Under the pieces are notes generated by a model that saw nothing but the letters and a program-made list of their open reading frames with translations, was not told where the DNA came from and searched no databases. DNA of 54,527 nt, the filler included, from Ionaspis alba (lineage: Eukaryota): assembly GCA_964255285.1 (NCBI GenBank). It is 3 parts of 3 records of this genome, joined end to end, with 100 filler letters (N's around TTAATTAATTAA, not from the genome) between each part and the next. Parts side by side here need not be neighbours in the genome. Positions count along the whole stretch, not along the records: positions 18,221 to 36,331 come from CAXUUL010000296.1; positions 36,432 to 54,527 come from CAXUUL010000297.1; 1 more part is not named here. One strand, 5' to 3'. Below, piece by piece: positions 25,052 to 36,848 of this stretch (positions are counted from its first letter, which is position 1; each line of letters opens with the position of its first letter). Position numbers and translations under genes: made by a program.

Positions 25052-27028
25052 TCATCTCCCAAATCCAAACCACCCTTTCCTCGTCTCTTTCTTCTCCTCC
25101 GCAGCCACCACCCCAGCGTCCGCAACCCCATTAACACCATGGCTTTCTCCCTTTCTCGCTCGCCCAGGATACTCGATGTAGTTCCAAGCAACGTCGAAAA
25201 ACAGCGGCTTGACCGGTATAGGTCTTAGCCGTGGAGGGTATATGACCAGATTTCTCAGATCCGCACCATTCACCGGATATTCGTCCAGTCTCTCAAGAAG
25301 TGGTGTAGATCCAACAGATCTGGACTTCTCTGCTTCGGCAGCCTCAGCGTGGAGATTTTGAAGATCGACTAGTGCCCGATGTTGAGACACCAAGCCGTGT
25401 AGCAGTGTCTGCAATGATTCGGCTTGTTCCCGAGTCACCTCGAGATTGAGAGGTTTGTTCCCGTCCACGAGTGAATCGGAAGTGCCAGCGCGAGAGGATA
25501 GATCGGAAGCTCTGGCTAGGAGAGCGAGAGCATTCTTTGTGTTCCCGAGAAAGCTATGCGAGCGAGCAATGGCAAGACATCTAACGCGGCTCAGCAAGGG
25601 TTTTCAACTCTCATATAGACTAAACTTACCTCAAAGCTGCGAAATAAGATCTTTTTCGATCCAAATCCGCCAATAGAGTCTGATCGGCAGCAACACCTGG
25701 AAGCTCTTTGATAGAGTCTAGACTTTGCAATGTCGTGTCATAGAGAACAACTCGCTCGCGCAGTCTGGTCAGCTTTCTGCCATTACTCTCCTCCTTCGTC
25801 TCTTCCTCCTTGCCATCCTTTCGAGACTTCTTCTGTTTGCTGATCATTGGATCCAAATAAGCTCCATCAGCCCTTCCACACAGGACTCGATTTCTCCCAA
25901 TCCGCCAACCAACAAGGGCATAATTGACAGCAGTCCTGGTGATCTGTAGAGCTTGCATCCGCTGGTCGCCCTGAGCAACACCCTCAACGCTGAGTTCGTC
26001 GATTGCCGTCTTTGTAGCGTCGACTGCGTCTTGGCTGGGAGTCAGCACCTCGTCGTATGCAGCAGCCTGATCAGCTAAAGAAGTCCCAGACGTCGAGGAG
26101 AGGAAAGAAGCTAGCTTTCGTTCGGCAGAGGTTACAGCTGCGAGAGCTTGTGCTATACGAGCATCTTCGAGCTTCACTGTCCGCGCTCGCCAGGTAATGT
26201 CTTTTGGTAGATCTTTGAAATCGCCGTCAAATTGACCTTTGGAAGTGGAGGTACCTTCATCTAATGCCGCGGGGTCGAGCTCCAAAATTCCCTGCACATC
26301 AACGGCATCTCGGGGTACATATCGTGTCACGAGCTTGGCGATTGGTAAGGTTCGTGGTAGCCGTAGTTGATATGCCGCATAGCGTATACTCGGATCGACC
26401 GTGGTCGACAGGAGCTCTCCATACATATCGCCCTGGCCAGCTCCACCTCGCTTGGTTAGTATTTTATACATCAGATGTGCTTCCGAATATGCTCGAAGGC
26501 ACTTTTCCCATTTCTGGGACTCAAACTCCACGGCACCTTGAAGCATGCAAAGATATGCTCTCCCTGCCAGCACCGCTTGTGAATCACCCGAAGTCTCTTT
26601 TAACGTCCTGAATATCTCAACAAGATGTGCAGCTGTTTTTGCGGCTTTCTGTAATCGAGATACAATATGGGTCCTGGTGGATCGGCCAATAGTCTTAGAT
26701 GATGAGTCTGCGGAGTGCATCGACTTCATGTACATGGCATGAGCCCATGCTCGTTCCGATGTAAGGACGAGGAGATCAACGAATCTAACAGAAACATTGT
26801 TAGCATGAGGTAGCTTCCAAAGTTCAGAACTGCTTACTGTGGGTTAGCGGAGACATCTTCGGCACTAATTGGCGCTTTTGTTTTATATTCTCGAGCTTTG
26901 GGGGATGTACGGCCCAGCTTGCGGCGGACGACGAGCAGACGGCGAGAAAGCTGTTTTCTGTAGGTTCCATAGTCACCCACTAGAAGTGCATCATTGCGTC
27001 GAGACACAATCGACTTGGTGATATCCAT
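25052..27028 (-). CDS. SRP68: Signal recognition particle subunit SRP68
   Basis: Exons 27028-26838, 26784-25630 and 25580-25052. Has GDYGTYRKQLSRRL, SERAWAHAM, TVDPSIRYAAYQ, PIPVKPLFFDVAWNYIEYP and terminal KGWFGFGR. Confidence 0.93.
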
Positions 27029-27924
27029 TGAGCGTGTGCAGCTGTTTGTGATGCAGGTCGTTGTAGTGGGGATCGTCAAGAGGGTGGATGGACTGGGGCC
27101 GTGTGCCGTAGGTGGTCCCTGTAGAGCGGAAGATTGGGGATCAATTAGGTGGCCTCCACAAAGAGAGCTACCTAAGTTAGGTGAGTCTTGGTAGGCACTC
27201 CCGCTGAAGATATCTCTCTACAAGTCCTCCGGGAGATAGATGATTAGGTGGTCTCCCTTAAGCCTGGAGACCGTCGAATTTCCTTTGCACATCAAGACTG
27301 GTGCAAGAATTACTGCCTTGGACGTTCTCCGCTCCTGTAAGTCAAGTCTACACGTCATTTCTGTTGGCTAGATGTATTGACCCCCGTACCACCACCATTT
27401 ATAGTAGCCATTTCAGCCATATCGTACCAAAACTTGTGTACACTAAGGGCGATGCAAAATTTGTTTTAGAATCCGCCTCAGTTGATATCTCGAAGGTAAG
27501 TAGACTAGGCTGTTCGGGAGAGCACATGAGCTGAACGACCGTTAAGTGAGAAGAGAGACGAATGTTCCGGATTAATCACCTTCATACAATAGTGGCAATA
27601 AACTGCTTTGCCGCCAATTCTCTAAGCGGCGGAAATTCCCATGCTAAAAATTTAAGCTTTGTTGCGGCGGCCGGTTCGTTTGCTATGATGATTCGATGTC
27701 TGCAGGAACTTTACATTGCCATTGCAAGACCACTACATTATCTTCAAATCGTTACCTCCAATTCACACACAGCAAAGTACTGTCGGGTTCCAGAGACGTT
27801 CTACCTCCACGACATCAAGAAAACCATAATTTGATTCGAATGACGACGGCCAACCAAAGGAAGTCTCTCATGTCAAGATAAAACAGCGCTTTCCTGAACC
27901 TGGAGGTGGAAGGCTTGCCTGGGC

Positions 27925-30900
27925 ATGCTAGAGCGTGCAACAGGATGTCTCAAAGCTGGAGGTCAACGTCTACTGTGTTCAGCCCCCAAGTCAGCCCGGA
28001 CCCGGCGCTCCCTCCATTCTTCGTTTTGGTGCCACGGGGCCGGTGACATCGACCTACCCTCCTGGTGGATATCCCTATTGCAGCAACCACCGCCAGCCAA
28101 ATCTTCGCATCTGCAAAGTATTGCTGATACAGCTAAACAATGCCTTTCCGCGGGCCTACTCGATGGCGGCTTTCTAGACTTCCTCTACCCTGCAAAGACC
28201 CTCACCCTTATACACAAACTTGCGGTTCGAGACGCCCATCATCCAAGAACTCGCACTCACAAACAAGCCGGTCAGTATGCAGTGAGAGCATTCACCTCTG
28301 TGGCGGCAGATGACCGAGTGGCGACTGAAAGTGATTTCGACCATGCGATGGAGCTAGTTTCTACGATACAAAAGAACGGACATTCGGTCCTCGATGCAGA
28401 TATGGAATGTGTCCAGAAGGTTGTCCGAGAGCCTCTAAGCGTGGTTTCGAAAGCGAAGGAAAGGCAGCTACGAATACTAGCTGAGAGAAAGGCAGCTTAT
28501 GAACAAGCGTGGCAAAAATTCTGTGATATGCATGATGGTGTTACTGCCTCGGATGCAAAAAAAAGACGGAAGTCCGTAAAGAGAGTGAATAAGAAAGGGT
28601 TGGATTACGTGTTTGCACTTTTCCGTTGTATTCCACGACCAAGAAGAAAGAAGTTGCATTACGATCTCGCAATACGGCTTGCAAGCGGTTTCCACGGGTG
28701 TCAAATAGCCCTGCGAATATACCGAGAAGCTCGCATTCAGAACAAGGTGACTCTCCCAATGACAGCTCAGCTCATTCGAGTTGCCATTGAGTCTCAACAA
28801 GCGAAAGTGGCGTTCTTTACGTTTGAGGGTTGGAAGCGCTATGCTCGAAGACGCGGTTGGCGTGCTGGAGATCTTGCCTTTGCGGAGCTCGACAACATGA
28901 AACTCACGAGCTTGATGATGGCTGCTGTTTCAGCAACGAATGTAATCAAAGAGGCAAAATCCACGCGAACAGCCTTCACCACAAATTATCGTGCATTCGT
29001 CGTCAGAGTCATCGGGCGGGCCTTAAGTAGGAGGATTCAAGAATTTTCTCTCGACTGGCATGCAGAGATGTGGTCCGCTCTAAAGTCCCTGACCACACCC
29101 ACTTCCCCATTTATTTCTTCGGCCTTGACCCAGCTTCTCTACTTCAAGGACGATACTCACCTCAATGCTGCGATAGACCTTTATCACGCGGCCCGCGGTC
29201 CAACTGTGAAAGTTTCCAAATCCGTGCTCGAAGAGCTACTTGCACGGTTAATGGAGGTACACAAATCACCTGACTTGTATATGGTGTTTAACGATCTGAA
29301 AGAGAACTATGGTACACCCCCGATTGCATTGTTCGAAAAGGTACTGGGTGAATTGTCATCCCAAGGAGAGGCCTCGGCTTTCCACGAGGGCTTTCAGGAA
29401 TTCCGAGCCCACTTCGGAAACCAGGCAAGTCCGACCTTGTACCAAAAGCTCTTGAACGTTCACTTTCGGCGTCTTGAGATCAGAAAGGTCGACGAATCGT
29501 TTGCAGCTCTATCAACAGAATATGGCTTCACACCTACCATAGACTGTTGGAATACGGTCATCGCAGCTCATGCAAGGATATCAGATTTGAAAGGCGCTTT
29601 GGAATGGCATCAAAGACTGCTTGAGAGCGGTCTCAAGCTCGACGCCGTTAGTTTCGCAACGTTGATGAACATGTATGCGGCCCGAGGCGATATTCAACCT
29701 ATCGAAAATCTGATCACGAAGTGCGAGGAGCAAGGGATCAAATTAACCACTTCCATGGTTGATAGCCTGGTAGTGGTTCATATCAAGAATGGTGACATCG
29801 ACGAAGCCCGAAGCCTTGTCGAAAACGCATTACAGTTGGATCTAGCAGGATCACGCACGCACATGTGGAATTGCGTGCTCAGCGGACTCGCTCTCAAACG
29901 TGAAGTTGCCCAGGTACAGGTCGTCCACAGCCGTATGCAGGAAGCTGGAATACCCAGCGACAGCGAGACTTGGGGTGCCATTCTACAAAGCCTCTGTGTA
30001 GCGGGTCAGGCGACTGCCGCCTTCAATGTTCTTAGGGGAGTAATGCCGAGGCAAGGGATCAGACCCACTGCACTACATTTCGCTGTCATTTTTCGTGGCC
30101 TCATCAAAACGAAACAGTACGGTAGACTTTTCCTCGTCGCAAAGTACATGGTCTCCCTTGACATCAAGACGAGCTTCAGTGTTCAACGAATCCTTGTCAG
30201 GGCTGCTGCGCTTATGGACCGCCGAGAAAGCAGGGACATCAAAGGCCCGGACGACGCATATGAATCTCCACGTGCAGAGGCTCTACTCAGTCGTGGCCTG
30301 GAGATCATGGATGCCAGTGAATTAGCAGCCCATGAACCCGTCCTCGGAGTCGGAACACAACGACTCGACGAAGCATACATATCCAACTATTTCGACTCCC
30401 TCATCAATGTCTACGGCCAAGAAGGCAATTTCCCCAAAGCCATCGAAACCTACGACCGCTACCACGACGCCGCCTCCGCCTACAACCCTGGCACCGAAGT
30501 CAGCCCTCCAATCAACATTCTCACCGCCCTCATGATGGCCCACTTCCGCCAAGGCAACCACGAAGAAGTCGAAAACTGCTGGTACCTCGCCATGGGCAAA
30601 GCAGAAGACTTGGCCCGCCGCACCGGTGCCGATCTCGCCGAGCCCAAATGGGTCCTCCGCTCCCGGCGCTTTACGCTCAACCTACCTCTCCTGCACTACA
30701 TGCGCTCTCTCGTGGAAATGGACCGCGTCGACGACATCGAGCCGCTTGTCGACCAGCTCGAAGAAGCCGGCTACGCGCTCACGAACCTCAACTGGAACGT
30801 CTACGTCCAATGCCTTGCGATTTGCCGCCCCCCGAGAGCAGCCAAAGCCTTCCGCCTCTGCGAAGAGGAGCTCATGATCCACTGGACCGGGTGGCGAGAG

Positions 30901-31167
30901 AAGGGCGGTCATGGTCCCAGCATCAGGAAGTCGGTCGAGATCGCGCAGCCCAGTTTGTACAATCAGTGGAAGCGTATACCGAACTATAGGACCTTTGTGT
31001 ATTTGGCTGGCGCGTATATGCATGCGAGGTCGAAACATGCGTTTACCGGGTTGGGGAATCCGGTCCTGCAGCAGATTCATAGGGAGGCGCCGCTGACGGT
31101 TAAGGCTGTGCATTCGATGCCGAAGGTCGATGATACTCTCCAGATAAGAATTTTGAGGGGGACGTAA
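27925..31167 (+). CDS. Mitochondrial pentatricopeptide-repeat protein, Cya5/Pet309-like COX1 translation factor
   Basis: 1080-aa intronless ORF. The N-terminus MLERATGCL...LHSSFWCHGAGDIDLP...FLDFLYP is typical of filamentous-fungal Cya5. It has PPR motifs (WNTVIAAHAR, SFATLMNMYAARGD, MWNCVLSGLA, TWGAILQSLC). Confidence 0.82.
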   Translation: MLERATGCLKAGGQRLLCSAPKSARTRRSLHSSFWCHGAGDIDLPSWWISLLQQPPPAKSSHLQSIADTAKQCLSAGLLDGGFLDFLYPAKTLTLIHKLAVRDAHHPRTRTHKQAGQYAVRAFTSVAADDRVATESDFDHAMELVSTIQKNGHSVLDADMECVQKVVREPLSVVSKAKERQLRILAERKAAYEQAWQKFCDMHDGVTASDAKKRRKSVKRVNKKGLDYVFALFRCIPRPRRKKLHYDLAIRLASGFHGCQIALRIYREARIQNKVTLPMTAQLIRVAIESQQAKVAFFTFEGWKRYARRRGWRAGDLAFAELDNMKLTSLMMAAVSATNVIKEAKSTRTAFTTNYRAFVVRVIGRALSRRIQEFSLDWHAEMWSALKSLTTPTSPFISSALTQLLYFKDDTHLNAAIDLYHAARGPTVKVSKSVLEELLARLMEVHKSPDLYMVFNDLKENYGTPPIALFEKVLGELSSQGEASAFHEGFQEFRAHFGNQASPTLYQKLLNVHFRRLEIRKVDESFAALSTEYGFTPTIDCWNTVIAAHARISDLKGALEWHQRLLESGLKLDAVSFATLMNMYAARGDIQPIENLITKCEEQGIKLTTSMVDSLVVVHIKNGDIDEARSLVENALQLDLAGSRTHMWNCVLSGLALKREVAQVQVVHSRMQEAGIPSDSETWGAILQSLCVAGQATAAFNVLRGVMPRQGIRPTALHFAVIFRGLIKTKQYGRLFLVAKYMVSLDIKTSFSVQRILVRAAALMDRRESRDIKGPDDAYESPRAEALLSRGLEIMDASELAAHEPVLGVGTQRLDEAYISNYFDSLINVYGQEGNFPKAIETYDRYHDAASAYNPGTEVSPPINILTALMMAHFRQGNHEEVENCWYLAMGKAEDLARRTGADLAEPKWVLRSRRFTLNLPLLHYMRSLVEMDRVDDIEPLVDQLEEAGYALTNLNWNVYVQCLAICRPPRAAKAFRLCEEELMIHWTGWREKGGHGPSIRKSVEIAQPSLYNQWKRIPNYRTFVYLAGAYMHARSKHAFTGLGNPVLQQIHREAPLTVKAVHSMPKVDDTLQIRILRGT

Positions 31168-31576
31168 GCTTGTGGGGAAGTCTTTACTAATTGGGTTGGT
31201 TGCATGTACTAGGCGTTTTTTCGATGTGCAAGCAACAGGGGGAAGTTGTAACAGTCTTTATTTGACGGATTTCTGGACATAGACTAAGGCTACGCCGATG
31301 GTAAATATCTTTACATACTATTTCAAGACGTCGCTGGCCATGAAGTCGGTGCGCTTCTTATATTTGAGGTACACGTCGCACAGTATGTCACTAAACACAA
31401 CGCGGATCAGGAACTTCTTTTTCTCTGTATGAGATCCGTTGAAGGGCATGATCTAGTCCATCCGTCATCATAGTATCATACAGTCACCCCATGCTTCTCA
31501 ACCTCCAGTATCGTAGACCCTTTTCCATATGTCCCCACTTCCCGGCTACCATCTTCTATACCCCCTACAGAGCTAA

Positions 31577-34500
31577 TCAGGGAATATCAAATAGCACCTT
31601 GAGCTTCTTCATCAACACCCACTCCTCGTTACTGACATCGGCCCTGTAATATTCCTTAAGAGTGTCGATACTTTGCCTGGAGACGAGCGAGTATAAAATG
31701 TCCTTTTCTTCGAGCTGGCGGCCATACATGGGCTGGTTGCCGCCTTCGATCTTGACAGCGACGGATGGTTGACCTTTCTTGCAGATGGGGATTTGCTTGT
31801 GGTCGCGTTCGATGGAGGAACTGTGGGATAAAATCAGTCTCGCTCGTCTATGGACAGGAAATAGAGCTCGCAACTCACACTCTTCCGAGACTTATGACTT
31901 CTTTGACGTTAGTGACCGGGTTGGTCTTGACAGCAGCGATTGGAGTAAGAAGTCGGAGATTTCCTTCTGTAACGTCCACACCCACCACGATGGGATCTTT
32001 CTTGTTGAATACTGCCACTGGCGTAAGCACGCAAGGAAAGACTGCAAGTAATTTGCTGTCCTCTTTCTTCTGCTCTGCCAACTGTGCCATGTGCTTCGTG
32101 AAGTCGTCGAAGAGATGGTAGATGATGTCTGCAGTAAAGATCTTGACGCCTACTTCATCTGCATACGCCTGGGCGTCCTTGTCGACTTTTACATCGAAGC
32201 AAAGCATGACGGCGTACTCCTTAGCTTTTTCTAACATGATGCCAGCAGACATGACATCGCGCTTATACACAGGACCAATGGAGATGTTGGCGACTGGGAT
32301 TTTGGAAACTTTGAGGAATTCAAGGAGGGCTTCGAGTGAACCAAGAGTGGATGCCTGTACGCTAACACCACGACCAGTCTTAGAGACCTTGCTGAGGAGG
32401 TTCTCGATATCGGACATGACTTCTTCCTCAAGGTCTTCTTCGTCATCCTCGGGTCCAACAACGAGTAGACGTGACCCAGCAATGGCGTTGTCCAGGTCAT
32501 TGGCTGCAATCTTGACACCAAGTGACGCCTTGACTTCTTGGTTGTGCACGTATTGTGACTTGATACGAAGCTCTTTCAACGGTGCTGGAGTCAAGAGAGC
32601 TCTTATGTTCGTGGAAATGGCACCATTCAAACCACAAAGAACTATTCGATCGCCTTCTCGTAGAATACCATTGGAGAGTACGACGTCGATTGTCGTCCCA
32701 AGACCCTCGATGACTTTGACTTCGAGGACAGTACATTCAACTTCGGAAAGATACATGAGCTTGTTCGTCATGCGTTCCTGTGTTAGTGTAACCAGTAGCT
32801 TGAGCATGTCCGGGATACCTTCGCCAGTATGGGCTGACGTTGGAACAAGAGAAACATTCTTCGCCATGGACTTGTTTTCGTAGTAGAGCTCGGAGTTGAA
32901 ACCCTGCTCCGCGAACGCGACCTTCGTCTTCTCCAGCCGATCTCGGAACTCGTTCTGGACACCTTTGTTTTGTAAAGCTAAGCTCTCCTGGAACCCGTTG
33001 TTCTCGATCTTCTTCCATCCGTACAAACGATCAATCTTGTTCAATGCTACGATGAAAGGAGTCTTTCGGTCTCTCAAGAGTCTCATCGATTCCAAGGTCT
33101 GGGGTTCGAGCCCATGCATGATATCAACAACGAGAATGGCAATATTACATAGAGATGATCCACGAGATCGCAGGTTTGTGAAAGACTCGTGGCCAGGAGT
33201 ATCGATGACAAGGAGACCAGGCACATTAAACTTGAAAGAACCGTCCTTGTTGACAACTTGGGTCTTCGTCTCCAACGCATCGACAGGGAAGTATGTGGCA
33301 CCGATTTGCTGCGTGATACCACCAGCTTCGCCTTCTTGGACATTCGTTTGCCGGATCTTATCCAGGAGCTTCGTCTTGCCAGTATCGACGTGGCCCAAGA
33401 TACAGCAGATAGGCGATCGCAGATTGTCTTTGGATCTAGCCGCAAGTGCTTCTTCGTGTTGCTGTTGTCGTCTGGCTGCGGCTTCGGCTTTCTTCTGTGC
33501 TAATGCACGCTGTGTGGCTGTCTTGTTCTCTTCTTCGGACTCGGAAGAGCCGGAATCTGATTCGGAATCTGCTGGTCGGCCTTTCTGTTCTGGTTTTGAT
33601 GCAGGTCGGGAGGGTAGGCTGGTCTGGCCAGTTTTCGAAACCGTAGAGGTAGTAGTAGAACCTAGACCCGTAAGCTGTTATTGCATTGTTAAAGGTACCC
33701 GCAAGTTTATTCGCCACACTCACTTGCTCCATTGACTGATGCGCTATTAGCCGCTTTGCTGGGCCTTTTGTCCTCTTCATCCGAGTCCACGTCCCAGCTA
33801 TCCTTGACGCTTCCGTCCGCGTCAGCGACTGCTTCCCAATCTTCCAATCCAGAACCTTCGTCCTGAGCTGCTTTAGCCTCCGCCTCAGCTATTGCTCGTT
33901 GCTCCTCCTCAAGTCTCAAGCGCTCGCGCTCTTCAGCCTGCTTTTGAGCTTCGGCCTCCGCTGCCTGCTGTGCCTCTGCGAGCCGGGCCTCCTCGTCCAC
34001 CTTCTTTGGGCCTTTCTTCTTCTTGTTGTCATACGAGGGCTTCTTCTTCTCCGTTGTCTCGCCAAGACCGGCAACCGTCAATCCGGCATCCAGCATTTGC
34101 TGCTTGCGGAGTTCGTTTCGTTCCTTTGCCTCTTTCTGAGCTTTGGTAAGTAGCAGTCCCTGCTTCTTGAGTAGCTCCTTCTTTTCCTTCTCCTTTTCTT
34201 TTCTCCTTGCCTTCGCTTCAGCTTCCTTTTGTGCCCGTTCAGCCTCTAGACGCTCTTCCTCTTTCAGTCGTTCCGCTTCCTCGGCTGCTAATCTAGCCTG
34301 TTCCTCCTCCAACCTACGTCTCTCCTCTTGCTGTTTCTGTAGCGCAGCGAGATGTGGTGGAAGCTTCTTCTTTGTCTTTCCGGCGTCACCTTTGCTAGCG
34401 GCTGAAGGAGGTGCGACTTGCGGTTTGGCTTCTTCGACGGGTTTTACTGGTTCTGCTTTTGGGGCCGGAGGCGCGGCGGTTTTCTTTTTCGCAGCCTAGA

Positions 34501-35062
34501 TAGAAAAGACATTAGCTGTAGCTCCATAGACCTGTTCGCAGTAGAGAAGAGATACCTGCTCCTTCTTCCGCTGCTTCTCTCGCTCTTTTTTCTCCTTTTC
34601 CTTCTCTTTCCTGCTCTTCATGGAAGTGCCCTCTTCTCCAGAGTCCTCTCTATTCTCCTGCGTGACTTTTGCTTCGGCTTTCCCTTGCTTGCCTTTGCCG
34701 CCTTTGCCCTTCGTAGTCGGTGCAGCAAACAGATCTTCGGTCGTAGCTTCGGTTGGAGCCTTTGCTTCCAGGTCTTCCACGCCATTTGGTCCGTCCTGAT
34801 CGCCGTCTTTGTCGACTTCTGTAAGGTCTTCACCATCCACGTAGTCTTCTTGTACAGCTTTGCCCTTTTTCTGCTTTTTGCTCTTATTCTTCTTCAACGC
34901 TGCCAAAAGTCCTCCACCACCTGCGGCTTCGTCCTCTACTTCTTTCGCGACGTCCAGTTCCTTACCTTCTTGTGCCGCGGCGGCGATAGAGTCTGGGGTT
35001 TCGCCGAGCTCCGACTCCCAATCCTCGTTACCCTTCTTGTTTCCCTTCTTCTTGGGAGGCAT
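31577..35062 (-). CDS. FUN12: Translation initiation factor eIF5B
   Basis: Exons 35062-34556, 34495-33724, 33661-31879 and 31820-31577. Charged N-terminus, then [44 protein letters not shown] and NKID GTPase motifs. Confidence 0.96.
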
Positions 35063-35342
35063 TGTGTTGCTCTGGACGGAATTTGGCTGTTGCTGGTTCT
35101 CGTCGATTATGATTGCGTTGTGACTAGTGAATGGCCAGGGTCTGTGCGAATGTGTTCGCGGGATGCTAAACAAGGTTACACTTTTTACAGATGACGATGT
35201 CTACCAGTATACATATTCAACCATGAATGGTAATTCTGGCGTAGATTAAAGTTTCCATTTCTGCTCGCAACTATCAACAACCTCAAACTTCCTTGGCAAC
35301 CCCCACCACTTTTATCGTGCTCTGTTTGGTACCTTCTCGAGC

Positions 35343-35719
35343 TTACATTGCACCCCAAGTCATATCCACCATCTTTCTTGAGTCCAGAAAGACATTAGGA
35401 GCCCGCCCTCAGCATCGGTCTGTATTCCCATAGCAGAATCTCTTCGAACTCCCCACCTGCTTCTCAAACCCGTGCCGTCTCTGGAGATCAGCACCTCGAG
35501 CATTCGTTGCGCTTGCATATCTTTCCTTCTCATAAGCTCTTCCAACCCAGCATCCGCTCACCGCCAATAGTCAATGCGGGCGTCCTTCCATGTCTTGAGA
35601 GGCTTGTAAACGGCAGTTGAGCCCAGTTTGATGGCATTGATTATACCGAAGGTAATCTCCTGCAGGACCGAAGGCAATGCTCTTCTGACAGCAGCCAGAA
35701 TGCTAGGTTGCAAAGCCAT
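35343..35719 (-). CDS. Possible small spliced orphan protein (about 71 aa)
   Basis: Tentative exons 35719-35562, 35480-35457 and 35376-35343 give MALQPSILAAVRRALPSVLQEITFGIINAIKLGSTAVYKPLKTWKDARIDYWRDGTGLRSRKMVDMTWGAM*. A TATATATA tract lies about 150 bp upstream. The second donor (GTGGGG) is weak. Confidence 0.3.
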
Positions 35720-35920
35720 TGCAACAATCTGCACTAAGGATAAGGAAAAGAGTAAGTGCCAGATCAGAAGATCTAGCCAAGGAGATGAGGTAGGATAGAC
35801 TGCATGTACTCATTGGAAGAAAGAGTAAGCTGGAAGCACCAGAGTAAGATGAGATGACACGATGGAGATATATATATAATCTAGACAGCTAGCAACATCA
35901 ATCGTGTCTAGATTTTGGGC

Positions 35921-36016
35921 TTAGTTGAGAGCATGAGTTTGGTGTCAGCTGGGAGTATGAATATGGTGTTAGTTGAGAGCATGAGATTGATATCGGTAGT
36001 GAGCAGATTTGTGGTC
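35921..36016. repeat. Degenerate 24-bp tandem repeat, about 4 copies
   Basis: ttagttgagagcatgagtttggtg / tcagctgggagtatgaatatggtg / ttagttgagagcatgagattgata / tcggtagtgagcagatttgtggtc. Confidence 0.7.
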
Positions 36017-36331
36017 ACTTTCGCTGCCTGCCAACACCAGCCTTGAGGTAGCCGTAGAATAGCCGAGTGAGTGCCCTTAGCCTCGCGCTACTTGTGGCAT
36101 TTCCATGTAAGCAAAGGAAAGTGAGCAAGCCGTAATAACCAGCCCAACTTCTTCCCAAGCTTGTGATGATTAGAAAGATCTATCATCCAATCCTCTGCCT
36201 GTCGCCAAGGCTTAGGCAGCGCCAATTCCTGTTCATACGTAAATCAATGTCCACTACTGACGACTTCCCTTATGCTAAAGGGAATGAGCTTCACATCCGT
36301 TCTCATGAGCCGCCCGAGCCACGGGAATTAG

Positions 36332-36431
36332 NNNNNNNNNNNNNNNNNNNNNNNNNNNNNNNNNNNNNNNNNNNNTTAATTAATTAANNNNNNNNNNNNN
36401 NNNNNNNNNNNNNNNNNNNNNNNNNNNNNNN
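36332..36431. other. Assembly gap with artificial TTAATTAATTAA linker
   Basis: 44 N + TTAATTAATTAA (36376-36387) + 44 N. Confidence 0.97.
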
Positions 36432-36848
36432 GCTGGAGACGGCACACTCTCCGCGCTCACAAATCAACGGGGAGTATGAGATGACGATATCGAACTTCTC
36501 GATCGGAGTTCGGACCGACCTGCCAGATTCGCTGTAGGGCTCAACGATTGTCTTGGCATCATTTCTCCTACAATGAAGCCACGATATAAACCGAAGAGAT
36601 TCTATGTACAATCTAGATACACAGCCAAACACTTCCTTAATTTCTCAGACTCCCAGTGCCAATAGCCGAAAAGAAAAGATTGAGAGGCATAGTAAGACAA
36701 TCGCCACCGATGCCACCGAAAGACAAGCACGCCACGAGCCCCATCGCCGCGCAAAAAGAGAAGAACATCCTGATTAAATAATCCCCGTCGACCTCACGTA
36801 CCCAAGCAATCACGGACGCCCTGCTAGTTCTCTGGAAAAGCGATTCCT

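Noticed and set aside
32122..33735. Long plus-strand ORFs (253 and 279 aa) opposite eIF5B
   Set aside because: Antisense shadows caused by codon bias of a highly conserved gene; no independent protein features.
35360..35719. Single ORF with internal TGA read-through or editing
   Set aside because: The TGA lies within a GTGAGC splice donor and lacks the TGA-CTA read-through context; splicing is the simpler explanation.
35921..36016. CRISPR-like array
   Set aside because: Eukaryotic context, contiguous degenerate units, no unique spacers and no cas genes.
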